Shown: in pieces, positions 12,448 to 13,461 of the stretch
How the letters are laid out: each line of letters begins with the position of its first letter
Numbering within the stretch: position 1 is the stretch's first letter
Assembly (NCBI RefSeq): GCF_051873555.1
Contig: NZ_JBJEEY010000050.1
Coordinates: forward strand, 1-13,461
Source: Floccifex sp.
Lineage (GTDB): Bacteria > Bacillota_I > Bacilli_A > Erysipelotrichales > Erysipelotrichaceae
DNA length: 13,461 bases
Direction: 5' to 3'
The notes under the pieces: generated by a model
What the model was told of the DNA's origin: nothing
What the model saw: the letters and a program-made list of their open reading frames with translations, nothing else
Databases searched by the model: none
Program-made: the position numbers and the translations under genes

Positions 12448-12828
12448 TCAGCTATTCTTTATAGCCTCATTTATCCTTTTGTCAATCATTTTTTTAATCT
12501 TATTTGCTTCTTTATTATCTTCACGATATATATCTGTGTTAAAAATAGTTTTTCTATCTGAAATAAATGCAGCTTTTACAGATCCGTCTTTTAATTCAAA
12601 TTTAAGACCAACATAAAATTGAGGTTCCATTATTGCGCATAGAACAGCAGTACCATACATAATTTGATGTGTAAATGGTTTTTTCTCATTTTTGAAAGTG
12701 GCTTGTTGATTTAGTATAGACACTTTTTTTATGTCAGCATAATCTATCGAGCATTGATTTCCAATTAAAATAGATATTTTTTTATTATTATCGTCAAATT
12801 CAACACATTTAAATTTGTTTTTAGTCAT
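12448..12828 (-). CDS. Hypothetical small cytoplasmic protein (126 aa)
   Basis: A strong SD TAGGAGG lies 6 nt upstream of the ATG (reverse complement of 12829-12841), and the gene has its own terminator. No motif was recognised. A lysine-rich helical tail follows a beta-rich core. Confidence 0.7.
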   Translation of the reverse strand: MTKNKFKCVEFDDNNKKISILIGNQCSIDYADIKKVSILNQQATFKNEKKPFTHQIMYGTAVLCAIMEPQFYVGLKFELKDGSVKAAFISDRKTIFNTDIYREDNKEANKIKKMIDKRINEAIKNS

Positions 12829-12849
12829 ATATACCTCCTAAATATTATT

Positions 12850-12878
12850 TTAATAATTGGTTAGAAATGTAATTTCAA
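12850..12878 (-). promoter_or_regulatory. Candidate sigma-A promoter for 12448-12828
   Basis: The minus strand has TTGAAA (reverse complement of 12873-12878), a 17-nt spacer, then TATTAA (reverse complement of 12850-12855), about 20 nt upstream of the ATG. Confidence 0.35.
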
Positions 12879-12939
12879 ATGTTATATTCAATATTATCTT
12901 AACATAGCTCATTATTAGCAAAAAAGCTGAATCACTCAA

Positions 12940-13330
12940 AATCGGTATGAATTTTACTGATGACGGGAAGAAACATACAATGGAAAACTGCTAAAAAAAG
13001 AGTATAGAAATTGACAGACTGATTGAGAAGACACAGGAATTAAGAGGATACCATGCAAAAAAGAGCGAATATGAAGAATACGCCAAATATAAGTATAAAG
13101 GCCGAAAATGATGGAAATATCGAAACAGAAATAAATTATGATGTAATAGGCAGAGATAAATCCCTGACTGGATATAATAGAATCGTTATACCTAAATCAT
13201 GATGGATGTAAAGAATATATAGCATATATCATAATCTGTGGAGGATAGATGAAAAACTGAAATTCCAACCAAAATAATTATTTGTATATGTTAAGCAAAT
13301 AAATGATGCATATTCGCCGATTTTTACGAT
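12940..13330 (+). pseudogene. Decayed C-terminal part of an IS4/IS1634-type DDE transposase
   Basis: Fragments lie in different frames, broken by stops. ...DVIGRDKSLTGYNRIVIPKS* (13053-13202 frame) resembles the DG[FY]Y.IVT segment. RIYSIYHNLWRIDEKLKFQPK* (13213-13278) resembles the Y-x2-RW-x-IE-x2-F-x3-K signature. The family was recalled from memory, not searched. Confidence 0.4.
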
Positions 13331-13401
13331 GAGTTAGCATATTATTTAGATATTCAACTTATTTAGCCAGATTACATGCTTCTTTTTATTGTGTCTATAA
13401 T

Positions 13402-13461
13402 TTATTGTGCTTTCTGTTTTTCTTCAAAATAAGAACCACGTTCAAACTGAACCGGATGATC
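13402..13461 (-). CDS. Possible 3' end of a minus-strand gene running off the window (..DHPVQFERGSYFEEKQKAQ*)
   Basis: Only 19 codons are open from the window edge to a TAA at 13402-13404. This is too short to evaluate. Confidence 0.2.
   Translation of the reverse strand, partial: DHPVQFERGSYFEEKQKAQ

Noticed and set aside
12434-12616. 60-aa plus-strand ORF (hydrophobic)
   Set aside because: It is antisense to the strongly signalled minus-strand gene 12448-12828 and has no SD. A type I toxin-like reading was considered, but there is no promoter or terminator architecture to support it.
1-13461. Scan for CRISPR arrays, tRNA, rRNA or reverse-transcriptase/retron-like features
   Set aside because: I saw no regularly spaced 25-40-bp repeats, no cloverleaf-compatible GC-rich segments and no RT motifs (YxDD) in any long ORF.

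Overview
Low-GC, Bacillota-like DNA (taxon guessed from composition and SD usage only) made of stacked mobile or accessory modules, not core genes. (1) 15-908(-): a short XerC/D-like tyrosine recombinase. It is only 45 bp from, and divergent to, (2) a tightly coupled phage-derived operon (954-4990, ending in a clean terminator at 5008-5036). This operon encodes a leaderless protein with two CBM5/12-like repeats, a TcdE-family holin, an M23-like endolysin with a C-terminal wall-binding domain, four small proteins built from shuffled sequence modules (receptor-binding/tail-fibre-like), and an untracked 51-aa Cys/His-rich ORF. (3) 5040-5330: a gene-free spacer holding an orphan CU-rich (anti-SD-like) motif with its own terminator. 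(4) About 5317-10941: an integrative-mobilizable-element-like unit. It has a 340-aa XRE-HTH protein (apparently leaderless), a consensus promoter covered by four 12-bp-phased CCCTACA half-sites, a small HTH-like protein, a winged-helix Rep-like protein with internal tandem repeats, an AP2-arm tyrosine integrase, a small coiled protein, a pMV158-type oriT with two mutually exclusive hairpins, and a MobV relaxase. (5) 10950-13461: a decayed region with two small intact convergent genes (one secreted, one cytoplasmic), a long imperfect palindrome and an IS4/IS1634-like transposase remnant. I found no CRISPR array, tRNA or rRNA. Element boundaries (att sites) could not be resolved by eye. The best candidates for something undescribed are the XRE-plus-unknown-domain regulator with its phased operator array, the modular RBP-like cassette, and the CBM/holin/peptidase trio.
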